Assembly: GCA_907165135.1 (NCBI GenBank)
Contig: OU015568.1
Span: forward strand, 14,260,001-14,324,000
Length of the DNA stretch: 64,000 bases
Direction of reading: 5' to 3'
Source of the DNA: Oikopleura dioica
Taxonomy: Eukaryota; Animalia; Chordata
Each line of letters begins with the position of its first letter. The first letter of the stretch is position 1. The notes below the pieces were generated by a model. It did no database searches. It was not told the DNA's origin and worked only from the letters and a program-made list of their open reading frames with translations. This document shows positions 35,983 to 48,689 of the stretch, in pieces. The translations under genes were made by a program, and so were the position numbers.

Positions 35983-37853
35983 TCAGAAGTTGTTTACCGA
36001 TCTCCAGTCCGCTTCAGTTCCTTTTTCATAAAGCATTTCTTCCAGCTCGCCCATCATCTCTTCTGTCGGGCAGCCGGCAGTGATGTCAACTTCTATCCAT
36101 TCTTCGATGAGTTCGTTGGTTCTGCCACTAACCGCCCAATCGGCTGGATTGTAGTGGAAATACTTGCTCCAGTTAGAGTCCAATTTCATCGCCTCATCGA
36201 CGATCCACCGCTCTACCATTACCTTTGAACAGGGTGCGAAGTTAAATTTATCCCTTTCGAGAGTTGAAATGATATCCTCATCGGACTCAAACTCGCACCG
36301 AACCTTGAAAGTGCAGTCGGGCATTTTGTTTGACCACTGAAGATCGGCAAGGCATGTTGCGGAAGTTGGACCGTCGATTTTGTATCCTTCGGGACATGAA
36401 AACTCACATGTCGATCCAACAAATAAACCGCTGAATATAATTAATTGAGCAAAATTATTGAAGATAGATTCGATCTTACCTCGTGCAGACTTTTTTCGTG
36501 GCAGCATGAACCAAATCCGGACATTCAGGCATCGGTCTACAAATTCCCATGGAACGGTTGTAATTTTGTTTCTCTTTACCTTGGTGATTTTATGCGTCTT
36601 GTTGTAGGAATCAAGGTTGGTTTCGCTGTTTGCTCCGGAAAGATAACGATTCTTCTTGTAGGTGATGGCGCTCTTCTCTGGAACTGCGTTGTTGTTCGCC
36701 TTGTTGTGGTTGTTGGTCGTCGCGTTGTTGTTGTCGTTTTTATCGTTGTTGTTGTCTTTCTCGTCGTGGTAACTTTTTTCGTTGTTGTTATGATTTTAGC
36801 TGGCGTGGCTTCTTGAATTCTCGTTGGTGATGTAATAATTCTTCGCTCTGGAGTCTTAGTCGTCGTAATTGGCATAATAACTAATCTATTCGGGGTAGCA
36901 CTCGTGATCTCCTCAGGAGACTCTTCACTGACAGCTTCTACTTTTTCAATACATTTCGGGTATTGACCAGACCATCTCTGACTACCAAGGCACTGGAGGG
37001 AGCTGAAGCCTTCTAAAAAGTATCCATCATTGCACTCGAACTGACAGGTATCCTCGAATTTGTTGCCAGTGCAAGTCGCTGTTCCGTTTTCAAGTTTGAC
37101 CAATGCAGGGCAGGTAACTCGAATACACTTCGGAATTTCAGATTCCCAGAAAGCGACGTTTGCTTTGACATCACGCAAGCACTGGACCCTCGATTGACCT
37201 TCCATTCGATATCCAAGTGGAGGACAGTCAAAGTCGCAGACAACGCTTCCTGATGCAGGATCAGAGCAGGATCCCGACAGTGCTCCATCTTTAATATTTG
37301 GCAGTGGACAAGTCGCTTCACAAAACGGTTCTTCGTTTGTATCCGAGACCCAATTTTCACCGTCACATTTCATCTCAGCGGCCCCACGAAGAAGTCGATT
37401 TTCGTCCGCGCAAGTGAATCTGCATGTGCTGCCGTTGTAGTCAAAATTATCGCAGACTGTTTGGAGACCTTCAGGAAGATTAGGAACGCCGCAACTGCTC
37501 TGCAAATCTTTCGCGCAGAAAATATCTTCGGTGTTACAGTTGTCTTCTTCACAGCAACATCGGCAAACGGAATTCGTTGTAGAGCTGGGGTCGCATTGAG
37601 TTCGTGGGCCAGACTTCATCCAGTTGTTCTTCTCGTTGTTCTCGCATGCTTGTCGCTGTTTGCATCCTTTCTTCACCCAGTAGACGCCGTGGTGATTTCT
37701 AGCTTCGTTCTGGCAACTGTATTCTTGACCGTTGTCGGGGCACTCTACAAGTGGGCAGTTCTCATGCGTCGTCTCTTCTCCTCCGAGAAGCGTACAAGTA
37801 TGGCACTGTAACCCACTCACACCGGCGCCGAGAAAAATTGGAAGGAGTTTCAT
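35983..37853 (-). CDS. Secreted mosaic protein: Ly6/three-finger-like domain, about 4 CCP/sushi, Thr-rich mucin stalk, further CCP, unknown C-terminal domain
   Basis: MKLLPIFLGAGVSG signal; LQCHTC...CRCCCEEDNCN; CCP patterns (CQFECNDGYFLEG...C...WSG..PKC); TTKKVTTTRKTTTTIKTTTTTRRP. Confidence 0.8.
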
Positions 37854-38279
37854 ATTCGAATATGAGAAGGGAAATGAAAAACACTTCCTTTTATGCAGGA
37901 GAAAGAGTAACGATGTCACAGATAATAAACTCGAGGAGGAAGGGCGCTGTCTACTAATTGTTTGATAGAAGCAGCATTTATGGCCTGCAAAAGGTGTTGT
38001 TAAAAGTGCCGCCCGTCAGAAGGAAGTCTAAAATGGAAACTGCTTCCCAGGCGCTCAAGAATTTTATTGCCTTCATCCCTTGAAAACAAACATTTACTGA
38101 TTTTAAAAGTCAAGTTTATGAAAATCTGCTCAGTTGTGAGCTCATTGCCATGGGAACGGTGATGGAACGCACCAATCTCCAAATTGAGTGAAAAACTATT
38201 TCAATAAAGAAAGTCTCTAGAACGTGCTCATTTTGTTGATGAAAGAGTTAAACGTGGAAATGATCAGTTAGAGTATGAA

Positions 38280-41200
38280 ATGAACGAAGAAAATGGGCAG
38301 TCGTCGAATCCCTCGCGGAATATGAGCGCAACCACACTCACAGCAGCGCGATTCTCGCAGAGGGTAATCAAAGATGCGCACAGTATCGCCCAGGACTCCC
38401 AGAACTTGACTTTCGATGCAAAGGTAAAGAACGTTTGTTAACTTTTCTGCTTAGAATTTTATCTAGCCAAGCATCGAAACGGCGCTAAAATTGCTGACGG
38501 CTCCACAAACCTGCCAAATGTACGGCCGTCAGCTCTCCTATCTAGATCGCCTCGCCTCTCGAACCCGCACATGTGGGGGAGTCCTCCTTTCTGAAATTTC
38601 CTCGTTCACGAAATTACTCACAGTGTTAGAAGACAAATTATCAGAAGTACCAGACTACAAAGTCGCAATCAAACAGTTAATCTCCGTAATCACAGGCGCC
38701 CTGCTCAAGCAGAGAACTTCTGATGAAACAAATTTTGCAAATGACACTGTTCAATTATTAGAAAAGGTAAGAAAACAGTTTTTTATAAATATTTATCAAT
38801 TGTTAAGGTCGTCATGCTTTTGAGAATCGGCGATTTTGAGCTTCGGCATGGAATCATAAGAATGATTGAAGCATTCTGGTCAGCAGAACAAGTCGATAGC
38901 GATGTAAGAAAAGTTCGAAGCGGACATCTGAAGGACAATATTCACGAGATCAGACCTTGCACCAAAGATTATCAACAGTCGATTGTCGAAAGATCAAATA
39001 TTATTGTAACTATTATCCAGGTAAAAAGACAGGTCTCATCCATTCAATAGCGATGTTTAAGGCCATGGCTCTATACAGTAGCGATCACAAACTCCGGCTC
39101 TTTACTCTTACTGTATTGGAAAAATTGACGATGACTAGTTCACTGAATTGTGAGAAATTCGTCAAAGCAAAGGGCCCAGAGTATGTGGTACTGTTGATGG
39201 CTGATGCTAACAAGCAACTGCTTCACATGCTGATCGATCTTATCTGGAACTCGCTTGAAAACGGTCCTAAAGATCAAGTTGTTCTTCAGCTCAAAGGTAG
39301 GTCCGATGTTTTCACACGTTTTTATTATTTTGCAGGAATGACATCGTTAACATCAATGTCCGCCGCGTTCCGGAAGCTTTTACGATCGCCCCTTTCCGAA
39401 TCTGACAAGCAAATGCGCAACGATCTTTTGACAATTTTCATGCAACTTGCGCGGGAATGCCCCGCTGCAGCCTTCATCGAAACCAAGTTTCTCGCTGACC
39501 TGATCAAATTTGGCTGCTCCCAAAGCTCAAGACACTTGACGAATGCATCAGCCGATTTCGAATTTATACAAATGCTTCTGACATGCGTTACAATATTAAC
39601 AGAGGACTCGGGCTCGTTGAGAGCAATTAGCGAGACAAATTTTATGGAATTTCTGCTACTACCCGTTCAAAAACTTGATGAAACAGTAAGTCAGCCCTCC
39701 TTAATCATTAGCTAAATTATTATTCAGTATCCAACAAGAACAGTTTATCAATGGTCTATCGCTCAGAAAGAAGAGCTCCAGCTACTATCATTATCATTGT
39801 TGGCAACGATAGCGCCAAAACTAGCAAAGAAATTTTATGATCTAACTGGACCCCATCTTCTGATGTCCTTCCTCTTTTGGTCCTTCCAGACTGACTTCAG
39901 TGGACACGGAAATGGAATTCTCGCTACTGGAGGTCGTGGATCGGCTCGTGCTCAATGTCGACTTGCTCTAAGAGTCATTCGAGCACTTTGCTCTGAAACA
40001 GACGGTCTCGATGGAATCAAAGATCATTTGATCACGAGTTTCTTGCAGGAAGGCGTAATGGAGCTTCTATTATTGACTCTTGCGAATGTCAACAATATCA
40101 CTGAAAACAAAGTCAATGATTTTGTTTACATAGAAGGTATGGAATGAGGAGAAACTTTGATTTTATATTCAGTTTTAGATGATCAAATTGATCTGGAAAT
40201 GCAAGAAGACATGCTCGTCATTATCTCATTGATTTGCGAATCTGATCCAGCTCACAAAGAAGCCTGCGTGGAAACAAAACTCGTGCAGATCATTATTCAT
40301 TACCTCAGAGATTTACCTGGTAAAGTCGTTTCTGGACTCCGATGCGATCAGCTGCTTCTTGGAGTTTTGGACTGTCTTTTCAACAGCATTCTCGGAAACG
40401 AAGGTGCAGAAGATAAATTCTTAGCACTTGAAGGCGCTTTCTTACTCGCCGATCTGTTGCAGAAAACGCCCTCTGAAATGCATCCAATCGTTTTGAGCAG
40501 TCTTGTCGAGCTGACTGAGAATCCAAAGTCTATCAGGCACTTGCTGACTTGGAGAGGAACTGACCCTAATAATGCTAATCAATTCATCAGGTAGAACAAG
40601 ACTCTCATTGGTTTTATTAAGCTTGATTTAGTTTGCCACAGCTTCTTATCCAACTTTGGCGAGACGAAGAAAAACGAATCGGAGTTCTAAGAGGCCCTCT
40701 TGGCGAGCTTGTGGATAAAGAATTCCCTCTCGTAAGTGATAGTTGATTCTGATGAATTTTAAAATCAATTGAAGGCTGGAGAAAGCCAAAGAAATGCGAT
40801 CATCAACCAGACAGAAATCATTCCCGGTCTCGAGAGCGCTGCCCTTGGAGAGATGTCCGAAAACACGAGGACGAGAATTTACTGTCTTTTGAGTCGCATC
40901 GGTTTCGGCGATCTTCCTGGTGTTCAAGCTCAATCTGGCGACTTTGTCACCTTGGCTGTCATCGAAAAGTATTTTAATTTGAAAATCGGAGAAGTCTGGG
41001 ATGAAGTCTTCAATGAATTGGAAAATGAAAATGTAAGTTCCTACGTAGCAAGTTACTATTTAGGCATTCATTGATTTCAGCCTCACAGTTTCGGATGACT
41101 CTTTACATATATTCATATATTTTTCAGACCAAATTAATCGAGGCTGATGCTGAAGCAGCAGAGACGATCAAAACATCAAAACGCGAACGCGCGAAAGTTA

Positions 41201-41632
41201 TTATCAATCTCCAGGAGGACCTGAAGTAATTCATCCATTTTCATACTGAATATTCATTCTTTTTCTCCAGGGTCGCGAAGACGCAGCACGAGAATCACGA
41301 GGAGCGACAGTTGTTCAACAAGATTCGCGAAAAGTATCGACAAAACGGAAAGATGGTCGAGAAATGGGAGGATTATGTGGACAGAACTTCCAAGTATGCG
41401 ACGCTTCAGGCAGCCAAGCACAACATGGTCAACCAGATTGAACAGTCGAGAACTCGACAGGTGCTTTTGGCAGTATTTCATTGTTTCATTCTTCTTCTAG
41501 GACTCTGACGCTACTCACCATAAGTTGAACCTCGATTTGACGACAACCACATTCCAAGGTCGACATATTTTCGTTGAATCCACGCCATCAGAACTCGCTC
41601 GAAACTCTGAAGCAAGATATGAGACCAACTGA
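38280..41632 (+). CDS. CFAP69: Cilia- and flagella-associated protein 69
   Basis: DKQMRNDLL; FSGHGNGILATGGRGSARAQCRLALRVIRAL; MSENTRTRIY...DFVTLAVIEKYFNLKIGEVWDEV; WEDYVDRTS. Confidence 0.92.
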
Positions 41633-41889
41633 GCATTACGTACTGTAAATAAGCTCATTTTTATAAATAAAGTATATTTTTACAAAAAAATGTGTTTCGT
41701 TGTTGATTGCAGCTTGAAACCCTTGGTCAAAGGTGTAGAAACTGGATGTGTGAAATATTAACACGTTTCAAAATTGGGACTTGAAACTCACAAAATTCTC
41801 AATTGATAATTGTTAATTCTCACAAAATGTTTCTCCGTAAAGTTTTTGGACGATCGATTCAAAAGAGAAATGGTAGGATATTTTTTCTC

Positions 41890-42923
41890 CGCAATGAAGA
41901 TTTTAATGAGCTGGTCGTGGGCCAATTTTAACCTAGTTGCCAAGGCCGAGTCTACTTTTGGAGGATTTATGCCAGAAAAGTTTTCGGGGCAAACACATAA
42001 ATAGGTTACCAAAAAAGATAAGTTTGATTCAGAGTTTCTGGCTGAATTGACCGCTCAAGGGTATCGAGCCAACCCCAATATAACTTTCCGGCTAACCTTT
42101 TTTCGATTTTACTGCGAGTCAAGAGAGATTTTCCCAGAGAAAATGTCCAACGGACGTAATCTTATTTTCAATTTTATACGAAAAAATCCTCTTCCAGTCA
42201 CATCGATAGGTATCTGAAACTTTCAAATTGAAAGCACTGAAATAATTCCCAAAATTCTGGGTCAAAATACAATGTATTCATATTTTTAGTTCATCTTGGA
42301 GCTTATGATGCCTTTCGAATGATTATTGATCACACAAAGCCGTCAGTGGAACTGAAAAAACTGCTCGAAGGAATCGATATGAACAAAAATGGTATCATCG
42401 AAGCTTACGAAGTAGCCACAAATCTCGATGGATTCTCCGAAGAGCTAGAAAATCTTGTCTTAGCGATGCTCGGTAATATTGAACTCATTAATTGAGAGCT
42501 TATTTTCTTGTAGCAAAAGTGGAAATATCCATGAACAACATGACCTTTCCCGACTTTCTAATTCTTCTTTGCCAGAGAAGATTTGATGATTGGGATGGAG
42601 TGGCGATAAATCCCATTCGAGAGCTATTTATTGACTACGATAAAAACTCAAATGAAACGATTGAGAATTCAGGTAATTCTTATTACCTTGATCTCTTTTA
42701 TTTGATCGATTAAGAACTGCTGTATTGGCTTCAAAACCACGGTAAAATGATCACTGAGGATCAAGCACGAAGAATGCTTAGGTAAGATCAAATGAGCTTA
42801 ATTATTTTCATTCTTCTGTTCAGTCAAATAGACTCCAATCGTGATGGAATTGTTACTTACCACGACTTCGTCGCCTTATTAGCTGCTAGAGTTCTTACTT
42901 TGATAATGAATAAACAACTATGA
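41890..42923 (+). CDS. Calmodulin-like EF-hand protein; 5' end uncertain
   Basis: EF loops DMNKNGIIEAYE, DKNSNETIENSE and DSNRDGIVTYHD across short introns; stop TGA at 42921-42923. Confidence 0.65.
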
Positions 42924-43063
42924 TACTTTGGAAAAGTCCATAAAGCGGAAACGCAAAGAGCGATCGCTAATGAAGGGAAAATTTTTATTATTTTTTTCAA
43001 CGCAAGTAAATGCAGGTATCAAAGAGATATCGGACTCATTCGCATCATCAATAAATCTGCAGA

Positions 43064-45206
43064 ATGGCGACAGATCTGTTGCGAATCTTAATGCTTCAAG
43101 TGGACTTTTCTCTGACGGAAAAGTTGAAAATGATTTGCAAAAACAAAAATTGGATTCTGAAAGGTAGAGAGTACGATTTTCAGTTTATTCTTTCGTTTTC
43201 TATAGAAAGCGCAAGAGACCACCAAATATTGTATTTATGCTCGGCGACGACCATGGTCAAGGTGATTTGCCATGGACAAATGACTACTTGAGTGATAAAC
43301 TTCCCAATCTGATGAAAATGCGACGGAGAAGTACACTTGTAGAAAATCATTACACTGCTGCTAAATGCTCCCCGTCACGAGGTCAAATAATGACAGGAAG
43401 GAACCACGAGAAGACAGGATTCAATTATATCGCCGAACACTGTTTGGATAAGTTTCTTCCGCCAAATATGCCCTTCATGTCTGAGTATTTCAAGCAGATC
43501 GGGTATAAGACTCATCATGTCGGCAAATGGCATCTCGGCTTTGGACATTGGACGCAGACTCCAACTGCCAAAGGCTTCGACACTTCTTACCATACTCTTG
43601 GAGGCTATGCAGACTATTGGAATTTTCAGTCTACCTCGCCACCTAATTGCAAAAATGCACAGGGCTTGTTTGCTGGTTACGACATGTACAACGCGACCAC
43701 TGCTGATGGTCGAAGTCATGTTTATAATCGAGCCGACGTTAAGAACACTGACGAGTACTTGACTTATCATATGACAGACGTTGCAAAGGATATCATCTTG
43801 AATTCAAGTAAGAAGTCAGAACAAAGCAATATAACATTTGATTTTAAGATGAACCTTTTCTCCTTTACAATGCGTTCCATGCTCCTCATTTTCCTCTCCA
43901 CGCTCCGAAAGAACTTCGAGTTCAGTTCCTTGATGATCTTGCTCCTGAGTCTGCTATACCTAGATCGTTGACAAACCGAGGAGAAACCAGGTCTGTTTAT
44001 GCTCCGAAATTCGGACGACATCTAAAGACAAATTTAGGGATTCAATAATTGTGAAGCTAGATAGTGTTGCGCATCTAGGACCGTTTGTGTCTACGAGAGA
44101 ACATATTCTCGGCGATTCTCTACGAAATTACGGAAATTTCAAATTCAACGTTGACGATGCAGAAGAGCGAGATTATGTACTCCGTGTCGCTCGAGCAATG
44201 TATTTCTCAAATGTTAAAGCTCTCGACATTGCGATCGGTGAAATATTCGAAGCTCTTGAAAATGCAGGAAAACTCGACAATACGATCGTTATCTACGCTG
44301 GTGATAATGGAGCAGCAGTAGAGAATTTTCAGAGCTCTGGTGATCTGCGGGGATATAAAGGAGGCGCCTTTGAAGGTGGTGTCAGGACATTTGCCCTAAT
44401 ATCTGGACCTGGAATTAACCCGGGTGCAACGTATAAAGGCATTTTCCAAAGTACAGATTGGCTCCCGACTCTTTTAGCGGCTACTGATCAGTACAAACTT
44501 CCGCTTGAGGGTAAGATATTAACAAAACGAAAAGAATAAAATGTCACGAACTCAGCACTTGATGGAGTCAATCAATTTGAAGCAATCACTTCTCTTGAAC
44601 AGCCTGGGCCAAGGCAGGAAGCACATTTATTCTACTCCCGAACAGGTTAGTACACGGATCCGTTAGGTTAATCATTTATGCAGACAAACGAAAACTGAAA
44701 AACCGAACACAAGTGGGTCCGCTCTTCGCGATGCGCTGGAAAAACTTCAAGATAATTGGTGGCATGCCGAAGATGGAGTTATCGAAAGGGAAACAAATGG
44801 ATAACGAGCAGCCATTTATGTGGTATTCTTTTCCAGAGAAGTCAATTCTACAAGACCAGATTGAGCTTGGTTCAAATAATGACTGGAAGTCAGCCGATCC
44901 TTGGAACGAAAATCAACAAGTAACGAACACAACACTCATTTTCATTGTTGATTTCAGTGGTGGCTCTTCAACTTGGAAAACGACCCAAATGAACGCAAAA
45001 ACCTCTTGCGAACATGTAAATCTTCATGCTACGAAGACTACGCAGTTTTCCATCAACTGAGGAAAAAGATTCAAGCTCATAAATCAACGATGAGGGATCT
45101 TGCACCGAAGCCGGTTCCAGAAGGTGCTCCTAAATGCTCCCCACTTGGAAGCCGGAATTGGAAGGATTGCTGGTGGGTTCCGGGTTATCTTGATATCACT
45201 GAATAG
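43064..45206 (+). CDS. Arylsulfatase, ARSB/ARSI/ARSJ-like
   Basis: PNIVFMLGDDHG; formylglycine motif CSPSRGQIMTGR; THHVGKWHLG; GDNG; LRGYKGGAFEGGVR; DWLPTL. Confidence 0.9.
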
Positions 45207-45446
45207 ATTTCTTTGCCTGCTAACTGCTTCGTTTGAACTGCATTAAAGAATATGTTTTGTGATACGATGGAGTGTATTCGTGATAAGTGAGGCAGTACAG
45301 TAGGAACTTAGGAATGTGAAAGTTTAAACAGGTGGACAATTGTAAATTGTTCGTGAAATTTAAAAAACACTGCCAGTTTATTGCCTTCTCAGGACTTCGT
45401 TCTAGAGCGGTTGCCTTAAATATGGTTTGAGCATTTGGCTAGATAT

Positions 45447-48400
45447 TTATCTTTTACCAAGGCTAGCCTTGGTGCTGTTGAGAGTAGAGTCGCGACCAGA
45501 AGTATCAAAGAGCGCTCTTTCCCATGCCACTTCCACTGGCTTTCTGGAGCTATTCTAAAATAAGAAGTCAGCAAAAGCGAAAAATATATAAAATAGTACC
45601 TTCATAGTGTATTCCTTTGTTTTCGGAGGAATGATGAAGCGGCTTCCTGCTGAGGAGACTTTCTCCTCATCTTTTATCGTGACAATGATGTCTCCAAAGA
45701 CAACCTTGTAGACGACGTTTTCGATCTCGGAGGTAGAGCCGCTCACTAAAAGATACATTATTAATAATTAAATTGAGGTTAATAAAAATAAAAATAAGTA
45801 CTTGATGTGACTGTTAACTTACGGAAGCTGGAGGTCGAAAAGAATAGAGTTCCAGTAGAATAGTGTCGGCTTTTGAAGGTTGTCTTCGAGTAGAAGTGAC
45901 CAACCAAAGGTCCGAGGTTAGTGAAAGCAAGTGGAGAGGATTCACCAGGTTCGCATCCAACTCGCCATTTGGCTCTCACCTCAGAAGATACAAAGGTAGA
46001 GACATCTTCAATTTCGCCATCACTGCCTTCAATGGTTGCAGTCGGGTCGGTGATTGTTCCGATCGTCCAGCCAAGTTTTTCTTCCGCGTAGATATCATCG
46101 ATAGGCTCGCTGATGGGAGCTTTGCCAAACCTCTTGAGTCGCTCGAATCTAGTCATCGTCGATGGGCATTTCTTGTCCTTCTGAGTCTTTGGCATTTTCT
46201 TGTGCAGCTCGGCCTCGGAGATGAATCCGAACTCGCCTCGATTGATTTGTTCTTCGGTAAGCATCGGCCGGATATCCGTCAAGTCGTTGGTCTTTTTCAC
46301 CGCGCCACGCTCGAAACGAATGCGTTTTGACCGTCGGATAGCATTAGGTGGCGGAGTTCTGATCGGTATCACGTAATCGAGGAGAATTTCGCCCACTGGC
46401 GAGTCACTTCGTTGCGCTCGAATCTCGTCTCGTGCGATGACACTCTTTCGCTTCTCCTTTTTGGACTTTTTCTTGCTTCCTTTTTCTCGTCCTACGTGCT
46501 CGTTCGGGTCTGGCTCGAATGTTCTGACCTCGTCGGGAGCAATAGAGAAGCGCGCAGACTTCCGTCGACCTTGCTTGGTCTTCTCGACAGGAGGCGGCTG
46601 GTCGTCATCTTTTACTTCCTCATCTATACTCTCGTTGTTCTCAACAGGAGGTGGATCGAAAACAGGAACTTCATCGTCGCCAACAGAAGCTTCCAAAATG
46701 CCTGGATCGAGTTCAGAGTGCGAGAAATTAGGTCGTTCAGGAGTAGCGACCGCTGTGTTCTCGTTCTGCTCTGAAGCCTCTATGACAGGAGATTTTTGTC
46801 TCTCATTCGATGAAGGTTCGCCGGCCGTTTTCGTTGAAGCAGCTTTTTTCTTCCGGCGAGATTCTAACGCAGACGTGTCCTCTTCTTCGTTCTCGGCTAA
46901 GTGGACGGAATCAACCTCCGTCTCTTTGGCAACTTTCTTCGGTCGACCTCGCTTCTTCTTTTCTGATTTACTCACGACAGCCTCGCTCTCTGGCTCGACG
47001 ACTTTCTTCGGTCGACCTCGCTTTTTCTTTTCTGATTTACTCTCCACAGCCTCGCTCTCTATTTTCTCGGTTTCGGCTTCCGGCGCATCCTTTCTCTTTT
47101 CAGTCTCGTGTTTTCGTGGACGGCCTCTTTTCTTCTTCTGTCCGATTGTGACTGTCTCATTAGCATCTTCAATCATATCCTCGAGCTGCACGGATTTCTC
47201 AGCCTTCTTACTGCCACTTTCAATCGTGACAGTTTCATTCACAGCATCAGGCAGATCTTTAGACTTCGGCTTTGCAATTCGAGCGGGCGGCCCTCGCTGT
47301 TGAACGGGAGTTGATTGATGGGTCGGATCGAATGCACTGATGTCGGAGAAGTTGATAGTCGCAGAAGCAGCAGCAGAGGTTCCTTCGTCGGTAATTTCGC
47401 CCTCGGGAATTTTAGGAATAGTGAATGTTCGATTGGAGGGCTCCGTCACCGAAGAGGGAGCTTGCTGGTCCACAACGAATGTTGTTGAGCCTCTAACACT
47501 TCCCGTCGGAGCTTCGGCAGCTGCTTCCTCCTGGGCTACGACATCGGTGATCGTACGAGTGGATGTTTCCCCATCAGCATGTTTCTTTGCCGCTGTCGAA
47601 ATTTCTGGAGTCGCTTCTCCCTCGGATTCGGCCACCTCTTCCTCTGACTCAGATACTTCATCTTCAGCTGCTGCAGCTCGCTCTCTCTGGAGCTTTCGAA
47701 AAGCTTCCTTCGCCTCCGCTTCTCGTCGAGCGCGATCCTCCGCTTTTCGCTGTCGTTTGGCTTCTTTTCGCGCTTCTCGCTCTTTTTTACGTTCTTCTTT
47801 GGCAGCGAGCAGCTCAGAAATTTTGCGCTGGTTTTCCTTCTGCTCCTCCATATTCTTTTTGTACTTTTCAGCGAGCGCTTCTATCTGAGCGAGTTCCGCC
47901 CCATTCTTTGCCGATTGAATTTTCTTCGCTTCTTCAGTTCTATCCGGCGTTTGACCATTCCGTTGAACTGGAGTGAGCGGTTTCTCAGCAGATCGTCTCT
48001 TCGCTGGAGGACTTTTGGTTTCCTCGTTGTTACGAAGAGTCGACTGGTCGTCTGTCAACTCCCAGTTCGAGTTTCCAGTCGCCATCGAATTCGACTTCCG
48101 CTTGAGCGCAACGTTGTCGACGATTTGCTATTTAGAGATAACAACTTTTCAAAATGATAAAAATCACCCGCGAAAGTATTAAAATTCAGTTGCTATCTCT
48201 TTCCTGGATCGGCTGCGGAGCTGGCGCCGTTGACGCGATGGTGCTGGTCGTCAGGTCGCTCCAACGACTGTCTCCAGTTTGATCCATCGTCGACGCCTCG
48301 TTCTGGTCATGTTCTGAAGAAAAATGAGATCATTAACGGCATTACAAGGCTTGTACTTACGGTCAAAAAGTCCACCAGGACCACGGCGGTTGAGGCGGTC

Positions 48401-48451
48401 AATTCGGACTTGCTGGACTGTTCGACGCGTCTTTTTCTTTTGTTTCGCCAT
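45447..48451 (-). CDS. CENPC: Centromere protein C (CENP-C/Mif2)
   Basis: C-terminal cupin VYKVVFGDIIVTIKDEEKVSSAGSRFIIPPKTKEYTMKN aligns to human FYVNFGDLLCTL...GDSFYVPSGNYYNIKN; partial CENP-C motif NAIRRSKRIR; three AT-hooks. Confidence 0.82.
46915..47135 (-). repeat. 69 bp (23 aa) tandem repeat plus a third copy, encoding AT-hooks KKKRGRP(R/K)K
   Basis: SEAVESKSEKKKRGRPKKVVEPE followed by SEAVVSKSEKKKRGRPKKVAKE; near-identical DNA copies. Confidence 0.9.
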
Positions 48452-48689
48452 CCCGATTTCAGTTATCTAAATCAGGAGTAATTAATTAAAATTAATAGAA
48501 GATAATGTCAGATTAAAAATTTGAAACGCTGATGAGTATTCTAGAGAAGATTCAGAAGAAGTTTGAATAAGAAAGTACTTTTTCAAACTCAATAGGGGCA
48601 ACTCTCTTTAAAAAATAAAATTGATGTCTCTCGTGTTTCTGAAACTCTGCTTTTGACCGTGACGAATCACAACTGAGCGTTTCTGCGAA

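Noticed and set aside
45863-47976. Long plus-strand ORFs (for example 46437-47303, 288 aa)
   Set aside because: These are antisense shadows of the Glu/Lys-rich CENP-C exon.
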